Source: Acidimicrobiia bacterium (GTDB taxonomy: Bacteria; Actinomycetota; Acidimicrobiia; Spongiisociales; ZC4RG35). Taken from it: 64,000 nucleotides of DNA. This document shows positions 1 through 10,177 of the stretch, piece by piece. The translations under genes and the position numbers were made by a program. Position 1 is the stretch's first letter, and each line of letters opens with the position of its first letter. The notes below the pieces were generated by a model. It searched no databases. It was not told the origin of the DNA and saw only the letters and a list, made by a program, of their open reading frames with translations. The stretch is from positions 319,020 to 383,019 of the forward strand of contig OZ242000.1 in the NCBI GenBank assembly GCA_965204615.1, written 5' to 3'.

Positions 1-1975
1 TGGCGGTGGCCTCCTCCACGATGGCGGGGCCGTCGATGCAACACCCCGGTGTCAGGGTCTCCCGGTTGTAACGGGAGGTGGGGTAGGAGCCGGTCGAGAA
101 CAGGACCGGCGTCGTCTTGGACGGGTCGTTGCCCGGCCGGTCCGGCCGGTAGTTGGCCTGGAGGAGGGGCCGTCCCACGTCGCCGAGCGCGGTCAGGCGC
201 AGGGTCACCGTCTCCATGGAGGCGCCCGGGTTGGAGTGGCCGTACCGGGTGCTGTAGGTGTCCTCGAAACGCGAGCGCAGGGTGGTGAAGGGATCGTCGA
301 GATCCGGCGAGGCGCCGTTGGGCAGGGTGACGGTCAGGGTGTGCTCCTGTCCCTGGTAGCGCATGTCGAGGCGCTGGATGAGAGAGATCTGCTCGGAGCC
401 CACTCCCTCTCCGAGCAGACTGGCCACGGCCACCTTCCCGAGCCGTGCGAAGCGGGCGTGCAGGTCGTCTGTGTCCAGGTCCGAAAAGTTCCGGAAGAAC
501 GCCTCGCTGAAGTCCTGGCGGACCGCCGACTGCAGCATTCCCCAGGCAGAGAACCCGCCGGGATCGGGGGGTACTATCACCTCGGCGATCCCCAGCTCCT
601 GGGCAAGCGCCACGGCGTGCATGGGGCCCGCACCCCCGAAGGCCACCAGGCTGAACTCCCGCGGTTCGATCCCCCGTTCCACGGTCAGGGTCCGGATCGC
701 CTGGGACATCTTGGCGTTGATCACCTGGATGATCCCCAGCGCCATCCGGTTGCGGTCCAGGTCCAGCTTTCGTCCCAGTTCCTCGAGGGCAACGTCGGTC
801 GCCTCCGTGTCGAGGGTGAGGTTGCCTCCCAGGAAGTAGTCGGGGTCGATCCGCCCCAGAGCCAGGTTGGCGTCGGTGACGGTGGGCTGGGTCCCTCCCC
901 GTCCGTAGCAGACCGGCCCGGGCCGGGCGCCGGCGCTCTCGGGTCCCACCCGCAGTCCCCCCGCCTCCAGGTAGGCCAGCGACCCCCCTCCGGCGCCGAT
1001 GGTGTGGATGTCCACCACCGGCATCAGCACCGGCAGACCCTCGAGGAGAGCCGAAGGGGAACTGTCGGCCTGCCCGGCGGTGATCAGGCTGACGTCGAAG
1101 CTGGTTCCGCCCAGGTCCACACAGATCAGGTTGGGCCGCCTGAGCACCTCCGACAGCGCCACGCCGCCCGCCGCTCCGCCCACCGGACCGGAGAGGAGGG
1201 TCTGGAGGGGCCGCTCGGAAGCCGCCCTGGCGGAGATGACCCCGCCGTTGGACTGCATCACCCGCAGGGGCGCGGGCATGCCCTGGTCGGCCAGCCGGGT
1301 CGACAGGTCCGCCATGTAGCGGGAGACCGGGGGAGCGATGTAGGCGTCCATCACCGCCGAGGCGGTGCGTTCGTACTCCCGCCACTCGCTCGCCACCTGG
1401 TGGGAGAGCGACAGGGAGACTCCCGGGACCAGGTCCGAGATGACTTCGGCCGCGGCCTTCTCGTGGTCGGGGTTCTGGTAGGAGAACAGGAAGGCGATCG
1501 CCACCGAACCCACCCCCTCGGCGCGTATCCGCTCGGCCGCCCGGCGGAGATCGTCGGCGTCGACCGGCGTCAGTTCGTTCCCCTGGTAGTCGAGCCTGCC
1601 GCCGATGGGGATGATGTCCCGGCGGGGGAGGAGCGGGAGAGGCTTTCGGTAGCGGATGTTGTACATGTCGAGGCGGTTGCCCCGGGCGATGCGATAGACG
1701 TCGCTGGCGCCGGCGGTGGCCAGCAGGATGACTCTCTCGCCGGACCTCTGCAGGAAGGCGTTGATCCCCACGGTGGAGCCGTGCACGAAGGACCCGACGT
1801 CTCCGGGCTCTTCGATCACCAGGCCCAGGGCGTCCATCACCCCCCCGGCCAGGTCGTCCGCCCGGCTGGGCGCCTTGGCGGTGGAGTACCTGCCCGTTCC
1901 GGGGTCGTACACGACCACGTCGGTGAAGGTGCCGCCTATGTCCGTGGCAACGCGGAGGTCTAGCTTCGTTTCCAA
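1..1975 (-). CDS. hydantoinase/oxoprolinase A-subunit family protein (HyuA-like); 3' end runs off the window
   Basis: Own reverse-strand translation; it is absent from the ORF track because there is no stop inside the window. It reads TTG(1975) ETKLDLRVATDIGGTFTDVVVYDPGTG ... ICVDLGGTSFDVSLI ... DIHTIGAGGGS ... VAFGGAGPMHA. It is collinear with the HyuA paralog at 23913..25952. The track ORF 236..1963(+) is its antisense shadow. Confidence 0.8.
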   Translation of the reverse strand, partial: METKLDLRVATDIGGTFTDVVVYDPGTGRYSTAKAPSRADDLAGGVMDALGLVIEEPGDVGSFVHGSTVGINAFLQRSGERVILLATAGASDVYRIARGNRLDMYNIRYRKPLPLLPRRDIIPIGGRLDYQGNELTPVDADDLRRAAERIRAEGVGSVAIAFLFSYQNPDHEKAAAEVISDLVPGVSLSLSHQVASEWREYERTASAVMDAYIAPPVSRYMADLSTRLADQGMPAPLRVMQSNGGVISARAASERPLQTLLSGPVGGAAGGVALSEVLRRPNLICVDLGGTSFDVSLITAGQADSSPSALLEGLPVLMPVVDIHTIGAGGGSLAYLEAGGLRVGPESAGARPGPVCYGRGGTQPTVTDANLALGRIDPDYFLGGNLTLDTEATDVALEELGRKLDLDRNRMALGIIQVINAKMSQAIRTLTVERGIEPREFSLVAFGGAGPMHAVALAQELGIAEVIVPPDPGGFSAWGMLQSAVRQDFSEAFFRNFSDLDTDDLHARFARLGKVAVASLLGEGVGSEQISLIQRLDMRYQGQEHTLTVTLPNGASPDLDDPFTTLRSRFEDTYSTRYGHSNPGASMETVTLRLTALGDVGRPLLQANYRPDRPGNDPSKTTPVLFSTGSYPTSRYNRETLTPGCCIDGPAIVEEATA

Positions 1976-2919
1976 CAGGCTACGCGATGCTCGGCTTCTA
2001 TCTCGACCAACTCCTGGGGAGTGTCGGCGCACACGTCCTCGGCGATGGGGCACCTTCCGTACAGGGGACAGCCCGGCGCCCGGTCCAGGGCGGAGGGCTG
2101 CTCACCCAGCAGGTGGACATGGTCGGTCTTGTAGTCGGGATCGGGTCGGGGCGCTGCCTTGAGGAGCGCTTCGGTGTAGGGATGGCGGGGGGATGAAAAT
2201 ACCTCGGCGGCCGGTCCCGACTCGACCACCTTGCCCAGGTACATGACTGCCAGGTCGTGGGCGATGTAGCGGACCACGGTCAGGTCGTGGGAGATGAACA
2301 GATAGGAGATGTTCATCTCCTCCTGGAGCGACTGGAGAAGGAGGAGGATCTGGGACTGCACCGACATGTCCAGAGAGGAGGTGGGCTCGTCCAGCACCAC
2401 CAGCGCGGGGTTGGTGATCATCGCCCGGGCGATGCCCACCCGCTGCGCCTGCCCTCCGGAGAGTTCGTGGGGATACCGGCGGGCGTGCTCGGGACTGAGC
2501 CCCACCCGCTCCAGCATGGCCGCCACCGGGTCGGTGGCGTTCTGCATGGACATGTTCTCGTGCAGGATGAGCGGTTCGGCCACGGTGCGCCCCACGGTCT
2601 GCCAGGGTGACAGCGAGTCGTAGGGGTCCTGGAAGACGATCTGCATCCGTCCCCGCATGTCCTCCAACTCCGCACCCTTCATCCCGGTGATGTCGGTGCC
2701 CTCCAGGCGTATCGACCCCCCGGTGGGGTCGATCAGGCGCAGGATCAGCCTGGCCAGGGTGGTCTTTCCCGATCCCGACTCGCCCACCACCGCCAGGGTC
2801 CGCCCCGGGGTGATGGAGAGGCTCACGTCGTCGACCGCCCGCAGGTCGGCGTGGCGGAAGGTGCCCGTCTTGATCCGGAAGATCTTGGTGAGATCCCGGA
2901 GAGCCAGGGTGTCCGTCAT
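1960..2919 (-). CDS. oligopeptide/dipeptide ABC transporter ATP-binding protein (DppF/OppF-like)
   Basis: Trimmed from track ORF 1960..3231 to the internal ATG at 2919 ([14 protein letters not shown]...). Walker A is GESGSGKTT, signature LSGGQAQR, Walker B LVVLDEPTS. A C-terminal oligopeptide-type extension is present. The start overlaps the upstream stop as ATGA. Confidence 0.9.
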   Translation of the reverse strand: MTDTLALRDLTKIFRIKTGTFRHADLRAVDDVSLSITPGRTLAVVGESGSGKTTLARLILRLIDPTGGSIRLEGTDITGMKGAELEDMRGRMQIVFQDPYDSLSPWQTVGRTVAEPLILHENMSMQNATDPVAAMLERVGLSPEHARRYPHELSGGQAQRVGIARAMITNPALVVLDEPTSSLDMSVQSQILLLLQSLQEEMNISYLFISHDLTVVRYIAHDLAVMYLGKVVESGPAAEVFSSPRHPYTEALLKAAPRPDPDYKTDHVHLLGEQPSALDRAPGCPLYGRCPIAEDVCADTPQELVEIEAEHRVACWKRS

Positions 2920-3875
2920 GCCGGGACCACCTCGGATGTGAGGGGATGATGGCAGAATGCGAACTGCCCTTCGATGTGAACCAGCGGAGGATCCTCTCCG
3001 AAGCAGTCGTCGTCGGCGCGGAAACAACGCGGCGCGAAGGCGCAGGGGGCAAGTTCCTCCCCGGGGTTGGGAACCCGCCCGGGAATCTCCTGGGGGGTGC
3101 CGCCCGAGTCGAGGGAACCGGCGATCGAGACCAGTTGATTCGCATAGGGGTGGAGCGCCTCCCGGTAGATCTCCCTGGTGGTCCCCAGGTTGATGACCCG
3201 TCCCGCGTACATCACGGCCACCCGGTCGCACACGTCGGCGACCACTCCCAGGTCGTGGGTGATCAGCATTCCGGCCGCGTTGTGCTCGAGGATCACCTCT
3301 CCCAGGAGCTTCAGTATCTCGGCCTGGATGGTCACGTCCAGGCCGGTGGTGGGCTCATCGGCGATGATGAGTTCGGGCTCGCCCGCCAGGGCGATGGCGA
3401 TGCAGACCCGCTGGCACATCCCTCCCGACAGTTCATGGGGATAGGACCGGTACACCCGCTCGGGGTCGGTGATGCGCACCGACCGGAGCAGGCCGAGCGC
3501 CTCTTCCTTCGCCTGCTTCCGGGTCATGCCGCGGAGGCGACGGAGGGTGTCGACGATCTGTTTGCCCACCCGGAAGACCGGGTTGAGGCTCCCCCGGGGA
3601 CGCTGGGGCACGAATCCGATCCGGTGTCCCCGCGCCAGTTGGCGCGCCCTGGCCGGAATGAAGTCCTCCCCGTCGAAGGTGCACGTGTCGAAGGAGACCG
3701 TGGCGGCGGCCGGCAGAAGGTCGAGGATCGAGCGGGCGGTCATCGACTTTCCGGCTCCGGTCTCGCCCACCACGCCCAGTATCTCTCCCGGTCTGACCTG
3801 CAGGTCCACGCCGCGAAGAATCTCCAGTCCCTCGATCTCGACCTCGAGCCCGGTGAGTTCCAGGAGGGCGCTCAT
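2916..3875 (-). CDS. oligopeptide/dipeptide ABC transporter ATP-binding protein (DppD/OppD-like)
   Basis: Walker A is GETGAGKSM, signature LSGGMCQR, Walker [17 protein letters not shown] overlaps occur at both ends of the gene. Confidence 0.9.
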   Translation of the reverse strand: MSALLELTGLEVEIEGLEILRGVDLQVRPGEILGVVGETGAGKSMTARSILDLLPAAATVSFDTCTFDGEDFIPARARQLARGHRIGFVPQRPRGSLNPVFRVGKQIVDTLRRLRGMTRKQAKEEALGLLRSVRITDPERVYRSYPHELSGGMCQRVCIAIALAGEPELIIADEPTTGLDVTIQAEILKLLGEVILEHNAAGMLITHDLGVVADVCDRVAVMYAGRVINLGTTREIYREALHPYANQLVSIAGSLDSGGTPQEIPGRVPNPGEELAPCAFAPRCFRADDDCFGEDPPLVHIEGQFAFCHHPLTSEVVPA

Positions 3876-4714
3876 CGTGACTTCCTTCTGGTCGGCTCAA
3901 CCAGGTCGGCGATCGACTCTCCGATCAGGCTCAGGGAGAAGATCGTGACGGCGATGGCTATCCCGGGGAACACCGAGATCCACCAGCGTCCTCCCACCAC
4001 CATCTCCTCGACGCCCTCGGCGATCATCGCTCCCCATTCGGGGTCGGGAAGCGGGACTCCCAGGCCGATGAATCCCAGCGCGGCGGTGAGGAGGATCGCC
4101 CAGCCGCAACTGATCGCCGCCTGGGTGACCACCGTACCCACGGTTCCCGGCGCTATGTAGCGGAACATGATCCGAGTCCGGGAATTGCCCACCGCCCGCC
4201 CGGCCTCCACATAGGAGTGCTCCCGGAGGGAGCGGACCTCGGCTCGCACCAACCGGACGAAGGTGGGAACCCCGACGAAGCCGATCACCAGGATCAGGTT
4301 GAACACCCCTTCGCCCAACGCGGCCAGCACCCCCACCGCCAGTATGAAGGCGGGGAAGGACTGGATGACGTCGAGCGCCCGCATGGTGAGCGAGTCGACA
4401 CGCCCTCCCAGGTATCCGACCACCAGCCCGATGGGATGGCCGATCACTATCGAGAACAACACCGCAGACATGGAGATGACCAGGTCATACCGGGCCGCGA
4501 AGACCACCCGGGCGAAGATGTCGAAGCCCAACCTGCCGGTGCCGAACCAATGGTCGGCGGAAGGAGCCAGGAACTGGGTTCCGAAGTCGATCGCCAACGG
4601 GTCGTTGGGAGCGATCCACGGCGCGAATATCGCCACGCCGATCATGCCCCCGAACATGATCAACCCGACCACCAGGCGGCGGTCCCAGTTGCTTTTCGTG
4701 GTTCTGGTTGTCAT
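3872..4714 (-). CDS. ABC transporter permease (DppC/OppC-like)
   Basis: Trimmed from 3872..5146 to the ATG at 4714 (MTTRTTKSNWDRRLVVGLIMFGG...). It is multi-TM with a BPD-type transport motif region. There is an ATGA overlap with the upstream permease stop at 4711. Confidence 0.88.
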   Translation of the reverse strand: MTTRTTKSNWDRRLVVGLIMFGGMIGVAIFAPWIAPNDPLAIDFGTQFLAPSADHWFGTGRLGFDIFARVVFAARYDLVISMSAVLFSIVIGHPIGLVVGYLGGRVDSLTMRALDVIQSFPAFILAVGVLAALGEGVFNLILVIGFVGVPTFVRLVRAEVRSLREHSYVEAGRAVGNSRTRIMFRYIAPGTVGTVVTQAAISCGWAILLTAALGFIGLGVPLPDPEWGAMIAEGVEEMVVGGRWWISVFPGIAIAVTIFSLSLIGESIADLVEPTRRKSR

Positions 4715-5721
4715 TTCAACCTCACCCGCGGATCGACAATGGACTGGAGCAGGTCGACCAGCAGGAACACCAGCAGGTAGGTGATAGCAGACAGGAGGAC
4801 AACGCCCTGGATGGCGGCATGGTCGGTCCTCTCCAGGGAGTTGTAGGCGTACAGACCCACTCCGGGCCAGGAAAACACCCTCTCGATCAGCACCGCTCCG
4901 CCGATCATGTACCCCGAGATCAGGCCGGTCATGGTTATGGCGCCCGGCAGGGAGTTGCGAAGAACGTACTTCAGGTACAGGGGAGCGCCGCGCAGACCGG
5001 CGGCCCTTCCGAAAGCGATGTAGTCGGATTGGAGGACCGACAGCGTGGCGTTGCGGGTGAGCCTCGTGATGGGTGCGATGGCTGGAAAACCAAGTGAGAT
5101 CATGGGCAGGATGACGTGTCCCAGCGCGTTTCTGAAGGTTCCCCATTCTCCCTTAACGAGGGAGTCGAACAGGTAGAAGCCGGTTGGGCCGTCAGGAGGG
5201 ACAGCCCCGAGGTCGAGGCGACCGACCGGCGGGGGCGCCCAGCCAAGGAATACAAAGAAGATCATCACCAAAATGAGGGCCGCCCAGAAGTCGGGGATGG
5301 CCACCCCCAGGGTGGAGATGAATCTTGAGAATCTGTCGATCAGCTTGCCTCTGCGGACCGCGGCCCACACACCCAGCGGGAGAGCTATCGAAAGGGCAAA
5401 GGCCAGGGCGAAGATCACCATCTCCACGGTGGCCGGGAGGCGATTGCGGATGTCTTCGGCGACCGGGAAACCGGTGCGCAGCGAGAATCCCAGGTCACCC
5501 TGGATCAGTCCCTGCATGTAAACCCAGTACTGGTAATAGAGGGGCTTGTCGAGTCCCAAACTGACCCGGATCGCCTGCACCTCGAAGTCGGATGCCTGCA
5601 TCCCGGCGTAGAGCCGGGCCGGGTCTCCGGGGAGTCCCCGGGATACGAGGAACGCAACCATGGTGACGCCAATGAGAATTGGGACCAGCGCAATCAACCG
5701 CCGGACGATGTAGGAACCCAT
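4711..5721 (-). CDS. ABC transporter permease (DppB/OppB-like)
   Basis: The N-terminus MGSYIVRRLIALVPILIGVTMVAFLVSRGLPGDP is classic for DppB/OppB-family permeases. Confidence 0.9.
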   Translation of the reverse strand: MGSYIVRRLIALVPILIGVTMVAFLVSRGLPGDPARLYAGMQASDFEVQAIRVSLGLDKPLYYQYWVYMQGLIQGDLGFSLRTGFPVAEDIRNRLPATVEMVIFALAFALSIALPLGVWAAVRRGKLIDRFSRFISTLGVAIPDFWAALILVMIFFVFLGWAPPPVGRLDLGAVPPDGPTGFYLFDSLVKGEWGTFRNALGHVILPMISLGFPAIAPITRLTRNATLSVLQSDYIAFGRAAGLRGAPLYLKYVLRNSLPGAITMTGLISGYMIGGAVLIERVFSWPGVGLYAYNSLERTDHAAIQGVVLLSAITYLLVFLLVDLLQSIVDPRVRLK

Positions 5722-5813
5722 CAGTGCTTCCTCTGGTGGTAAAGGACAAGCCGCCGGGCCAGGTCAACTGACGCGGCGGCTTGTCCGGCTTTCAAGTAGG
5801 TACTACCGGGTGA

Positions 5814-7688
5814 TCAGGGAGTCTTGGTCACGTAGTAGTAACGGTTGATTTGGTCGGGTCGCCAGATGAACCCCTGGATGGCTTGCGAGGAAGCCACGAT
5901 CAGGTGAGGCTCGGCCAGCCATACGGCGGGAGCATCCTCGAGCATGAGCGCCTGGACGTCCTTGTACAGCTGGATCCTCTCGGGCTCGGCGGGGCTCAAC
6001 AGCTTGGCGGCTTCGAGCTTCTCGGTCACCAGGTCATTGGAGTAGTTGCTCCGCATGGCGTATGCATCCACTTCCCAGAAGAGCTCCATGTGGTACTGGG
6101 GCTCGTTCACCCAAGAACCGGACCCGAAGTAGAACAGGAACATGTCCATCGGATTGATCCTGGCCTCCAAGGGGTCGGTCTTCGAGGAGTCCTCGGCGAA
6201 CACATTCTCGTGGAAGTCGCCGGCGCTGAGCCTGACGATCTCGAGGTCGATCCCGATCTGGGCAAGAGAGGCCTGCACGACAATGGCCAGCTCAGGAGCG
6301 AAGGCCAAGGTTCCATCAATGTAGAGCTCCAGGGTTTCGCCGGCGTATTCCGACTCGGCCAGCAACTCACGCGCCTTGTCCAGGTCCTGGTAGTAGAACG
6401 GAGCATCCGGGTCGAAGGTCGGTGTGGTCGACGGAATCGGCCCACCGCCGCGGCTGGCGGCGCCGAAGTACACGCCCTCCAGGACATCGTCGTAGGGGTA
6501 GGCGTAAGAAATCGCCTGGCGTAGCTTCACATCGTCGAATGGATGCCTCGTCGGGTTCATGTACATGACCGCCTGGTTGTTGCCGCCCACCGTCGTGACC
6601 TTCACGCCCTGTTCCCGGAGTTCGGGAATGGCCGTGACCGGAACAGCTTCGGCGAAGTCGATCTCACCGGCCGCCAACAATGCAGCCTGCTGGGCCTCGT
6701 CGGGGATGATCCTCAGGATGACCCGCTCCGCCTGGGCCGGGCCGAGGAAGTAGTCGTCGTTGCGCCTCAGGGTGACCTGAACGCCCGGGTCGACGTCCTC
6801 CAGGTAGAAGGGCCCGGTGCCGGTGTCGATGGTCTGCAGGAAGTCCCTGGCCCACGGGTCGTCGGTGGTGCCCTGCTGGCTGAGAACCTCGGAGTCATAA
6901 ACCGTGACGCCGGCGTTCGAGAGCACATGCAGGGGGAACGGGGTGGGATACAGGAAGTCGAAGCGGATCGTGTAGTCGTCGATGACGGTGATCACATCGG
7001 AGATGGTCTCTTCGTCACCGTAGTCATACAGTGCGATCACAGCATGGTCGAACCAGCCACCCACACGGTCCTGGTGCAGGGCCGCTCTCTCGAAACTCCA
7101 CTTCACGTCATGGGCGGTCATCTCGCGCTTGGTGTGATTGAACAACACGCCCTGACGCAGGGTGAAGGTCACCGAGGTGCAGTCCTCGTTGAACTCCCAG
7201 CTCTCCGCCAGCAGTCCCTGGGGACGGGCGGAGTCGGCAACCAGCACCCCGTCCTCGTTCTCATCGAGGTGGAAGGTGATCAGCTGGTCATACATGTTGG
7301 CCGCCAACTCCGATCCGCGAGCCTCGAAGTTGAGTCTCGGGTCGATGTTGGGCACGTCACCTGAGTAGGCCTTGATGATCGTCAAACCGTCGACCGGTTC
7401 CACGCCTCTGGGAGGAGCGGTTTCCACCGGCGGAGCACAACTGCCCGCCATCAGTTCCTCGCCCGTCAGGACGGTGGTGGTGGTCACCTCTTCGGTGGTG
7501 GTCGTCATCTCTTCTTCCGGCTCTTCCTCCATGGCTGCGGTGGTGGCCGGCGCCTCCTCTGCTGCTGCAGCCGTGGTTTGTGGAGCCTGGGTCGCGGTCG
7601 GCTCAGCCTCGTCGTCGTCCGCCCCGCAGGCTGCGACGATCAGAGCCAGTACCAACAGCGTGGCTATCCATACACGCGTCTTAGTCAT
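5814..7688 (-). CDS. ABC transporter substrate-binding lipoprotein, family 5 (peptide/nickel type)
   Basis: Signal peptide plus lipobox LIVAAC, followed by a low-complexity T/E/A-rich linker. The body has an SBP_bac_5-like length and composition. It is the first gene of the operon with the four transporter genes downstream. Confidence 0.9.
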   Translation of the reverse strand: MTKTRVWIATLLVLALIVAACGADDDEAEPTATQAPQTTAAAAEEAPATTAAMEEEPEEEMTTTTEEVTTTTVLTGEELMAGSCAPPVETAPPRGVEPVDGLTIIKAYSGDVPNIDPRLNFEARGSELAANMYDQLITFHLDENEDGVLVADSARPQGLLAESWEFNEDCTSVTFTLRQGVLFNHTKREMTAHDVKWSFERAALHQDRVGGWFDHAVIALYDYGDEETISDVITVIDDYTIRFDFLYPTPFPLHVLSNAGVTVYDSEVLSQQGTTDDPWARDFLQTIDTGTGPFYLEDVDPGVQVTLRRNDDYFLGPAQAERVILRIIPDEAQQAALLAAGEIDFAEAVPVTAIPELREQGVKVTTVGGNNQAVMYMNPTRHPFDDVKLRQAISYAYPYDDVLEGVYFGAASRGGGPIPSTTPTFDPDAPFYYQDLDKARELLAESEYAGETLELYIDGTLAFAPELAIVVQASLAQIGIDLEIVRLSAGDFHENVFAEDSSKTDPLEARINPMDMFLFYFGSGSWVNEPQYHMELFWEVDAYAMRSNYSNDLVTEKLEAAKLLSPAEPERIQLYKDVQALMLEDAPAVWLAEPHLIVASSQAIQGFIWRPDQINRYYYVTKTP

Positions 7689-7849
7689 CTTTCCTTCCTT
7701 TGCTTTGCTTCCATGCTTACTTGCTAGTCAAGGTGGCCGCCTGAGGCGGAAAGCTCATCAAGCAGCACACCGGGATTAGCCTAACACGGCCTTTCCACGG
7801 GGCGGGACGGGGGGAGGGATAAAAGCGGGGGTTTGGCGCCCACTCTGGT

Positions 7850-7855
7850 TACAAT
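7850..7855 (+). promoter_or_regulatory. candidate -10 hexamer TACAAT upstream of the first SLH gene
   Basis: The sequence tggtTACAATttcgg lies about 60 nt upstream of the ATG at 7916, in the divergent intergenic region. No convincing -35 was found. Confidence 0.25.
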
Positions 7856-7915
7856 TTCGGCTTGGTTCCTGAGCGGGCGCCGGGCATCTCGACCAAAATC
7901 GCAGGTGTTTCAAAC

Positions 7916-10177
7916 ATGACAACTCACTTCTCCACCCACTTCCGTCGGCCGATCGCGTTGCTAGCCGGGCTTTCGCTGGTAGTCGGCCTGTTCATGATCA
8001 CCCCTGCCACCACCAACGCCCAGTCCGCCGATCCCGCACCCGACTACCTGGCCTCTTTCGATGCCTGTCCCGAGGACGCGATCGGAGACGCCGACTTCGC
8101 CGATGTGCCGGGTCGACATGAGAACGCCTCCGACATCAACTGCATCGCCTACTACGGCATCACCAAGGGAACCTCCGCCACCACCTATTCGCCTGACAAT
8201 CCGGTCATCCGCGAGCACATGGCGCTGTTCCTCATCCGGTTGGCCAAGCTGGTGGACATCTACGTTCCCCCGCCCGGGGACACGCCCTTCACGGACATCG
8301 CCGATCTGTCGGAGGAGTCCCGCGACACCATCAGCCAGATTTATCAACTGGGGATCACCATCGGCACCAGCGCCACCACCTACACGCCCAGTCGGAACGT
8401 GAGCCGCGGCGAGATGGCGCTGTTCCTGCAACGCCTGATGGACCAGATGGATGTGGTTGCGGACGGCAGGGACCTCTACGGATACATACCCGATGACGTC
8501 GACGACAACGACCTGGACGCCGACATCGAGGCGCCCTGGCGGGACATAGACAACGTGCCCTTCGCCGTGAACGAGGCGGTCACCGAACTGTACGAACTGG
8601 GGGTGGCCACCGGCTTCGGTGGTTCTGCCCGCCAGTACGCCCCCAACCGCGACATGTCACGGGCGGACATGGCGGCCTTCATGGCGGCGATCCTCGATCA
8701 CTCCAACCTCCGCCCCAAGGGGGCCAACATCCAGGTGACGCCCACCCGGGGCGCAGACGATTACGACATCACCATCATGGTCTCGGCCCGAAGCGACACC
8801 TTCGTGCCCCTGGAGGACCAGGCGGTGGACTGGTTCTACACCGACGACGCCGAGGGAGGCCTGGAGAGGAACGGGGAGTGTGACATCTCCACCATCCTGG
8901 GCAACGGTGACTGCCAGTGGGACGACGACGACGATGAGACCGACCGGGACGGGAACTTCTTCGAGGAGGTCCGGGCCACCGCGGGGGAGACCATGACCTT
9001 CTACGCCTGGATCGGGCGCCGCAACGGAGACGATTTCGACGAGGACAGCGTCGACCACTCCAAGGCGGTGGCCCGATCCGAGAAGGGGCCGAGCAGTCTG
9101 CTGGTGACCCACGATGTACCTGTCAACGCTTGGCGGATCGGAGGGGACGGCGCCTGGATTGTGGACATGGATCGCCGTTCCTCGGTCGAGTTCACCATCC
9201 AACTCCGGGACGAGTCCGGCGTCATCCTGGAGAGGGAAGGGGTGGTAATCGACATCGAGGTGAATAGCCGGGAGATTCTGCTGGACGCCGACAACGTGGA
9301 CGGCGACAAGCCCGATCCCGACATGGATCAGCTTAGGCGGGATCCCCGCGACACCAGCACGGTGGTGACCGACCGCAGGGGCGAGGCCACGTTCGAACTG
9401 GACGGTCCGTCGCGGAATGAACGTCTGGACGAGGTCACCATCGAGACCGACTGCTGCACGGAAACCATCGAGATCGCCTGGAGCGAGGCAGACCCGGTGC
9501 TGGTATCCGCTAAACCGTCCTTCAGGCTCTATCAGTCTGCCGGAACCAACAAGAAGGTCAGGTTCACTGTCGAATACAACCTGTACGATCAGTACGGTAA
9601 CGCTCTCCGGGGTCACACCTCCCGCTACACGGGAAGGCAGGACGACGTGGATGAGGATCTAAAGTACGCGCTTTGCTCGGTGGCCGAAAGAGATAGTGTA
9701 CACACAGCGACTTGCGGTGCTGATACTGCACCCTCTACGCCCTCGTGGAGCAGGGGCCGGCTTCGTTCCACACTTGAGACTACCGACCCACTCCCCGATG
9801 GGACGGAGCACTTCCTCTTGATCAAACCCAACATCACCAGTGGCACGAGCCCCAACGTCATCATGTACGCGCAGCCTCAAGTCGTGTGGGTAGTGAAGGG
9901 CGCAACGGACCATAAGGAATTCGACCTACTCGAAGGGGACTCGTTTGCTGAATCTGCTGACGCCGATCTTACTGACGTGGACTTGTACCCTGACGACAAC
10001 AAGTTCCGTACCTTCTTCACACTGTGGGACTATGACAGCGGCGACCGCTTCCAAGCCAGCGGCGAGGAAATCAGCCTGCAGGAATTCGAAGAGCAATGGA
10101 AGAACGATGTAACCGATATAGGGGACATCGACATCCTGCTGTACGGTTCGGGCTTGAGTTTCTTCCTGATCAAGTGA
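7916..10177 (+). CDS. secreted protein with three N-terminal SLH domains and a large uncharacterised C-terminal region (paralog A)
   Basis: Start moved to the ATG at 7916 (MTTHFSTHFRRPIALLAGLSLVVGLFMITPATTNA, a signal peptide). The three SLH-like units are FADVPGRHENASDINCIAYYGITKGTSATTYSPDNPVIREHMALFLIRL, FTDIADLSEES...GITIGTSATTYTP..VSRGEMALFLQRL, and a third ending SRADMAAFMAAIL. Confidence 0.85.
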   Translation: MTTHFSTHFRRPIALLAGLSLVVGLFMITPATTNAQSADPAPDYLASFDACPEDAIGDADFADVPGRHENASDINCIAYYGITKGTSATTYSPDNPVIREHMALFLIRLAKLVDIYVPPPGDTPFTDIADLSEESRDTISQIYQLGITIGTSATTYTPSRNVSRGEMALFLQRLMDQMDVVADGRDLYGYIPDDVDDNDLDADIEAPWRDIDNVPFAVNEAVTELYELGVATGFGGSARQYAPNRDMSRADMAAFMAAILDHSNLRPKGANIQVTPTRGADDYDITIMVSARSDTFVPLEDQAVDWFYTDDAEGGLERNGECDISTILGNGDCQWDDDDDETDRDGNFFEEVRATAGETMTFYAWIGRRNGDDFDEDSVDHSKAVARSEKGPSSLLVTHDVPVNAWRIGGDGAWIVDMDRRSSVEFTIQLRDESGVILEREGVVIDIEVNSREILLDADNVDGDKPDPDMDQLRRDPRDTSTVVTDRRGEATFELDGPSRNERLDEVTIETDCCTETIEIAWSEADPVLVSAKPSFRLYQSAGTNKKVRFTVEYNLYDQYGNALRGHTSRYTGRQDDVDEDLKYALCSVAERDSVHTATCGADTAPSTPSWSRGRLRSTLETTDPLPDGTEHFLLIKPNITSGTSPNVIMYAQPQVVWVVKGATDHKEFDLLEGDSFAESADADLTDVDLYPDDNKFRTFFTLWDYDSGDRFQASGEEISLQEFEEQWKNDVTDIGDIDILLYGSGLSFFLIK

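Noticed and set aside
236-1963. 575-aa ORF on the + strand.
   Set aside because: Its composition is rich in G, R, V, H and P and it has no recognisable motifs. The opposite strand translates cleanly into a HyuA-family protein, so this is an antisense shadow ORF typical of high-GC DNA.
10096-10173. Upstream extension of the M19 dipeptidase ORF (MEERCNRYRGHRHPAVRF...).
   Set aside because: It lies entirely inside the 3' end of the preceding SLH gene. The GTG at 10174 gives a coupled GTGA junction and an N-terminus aligned with the family.
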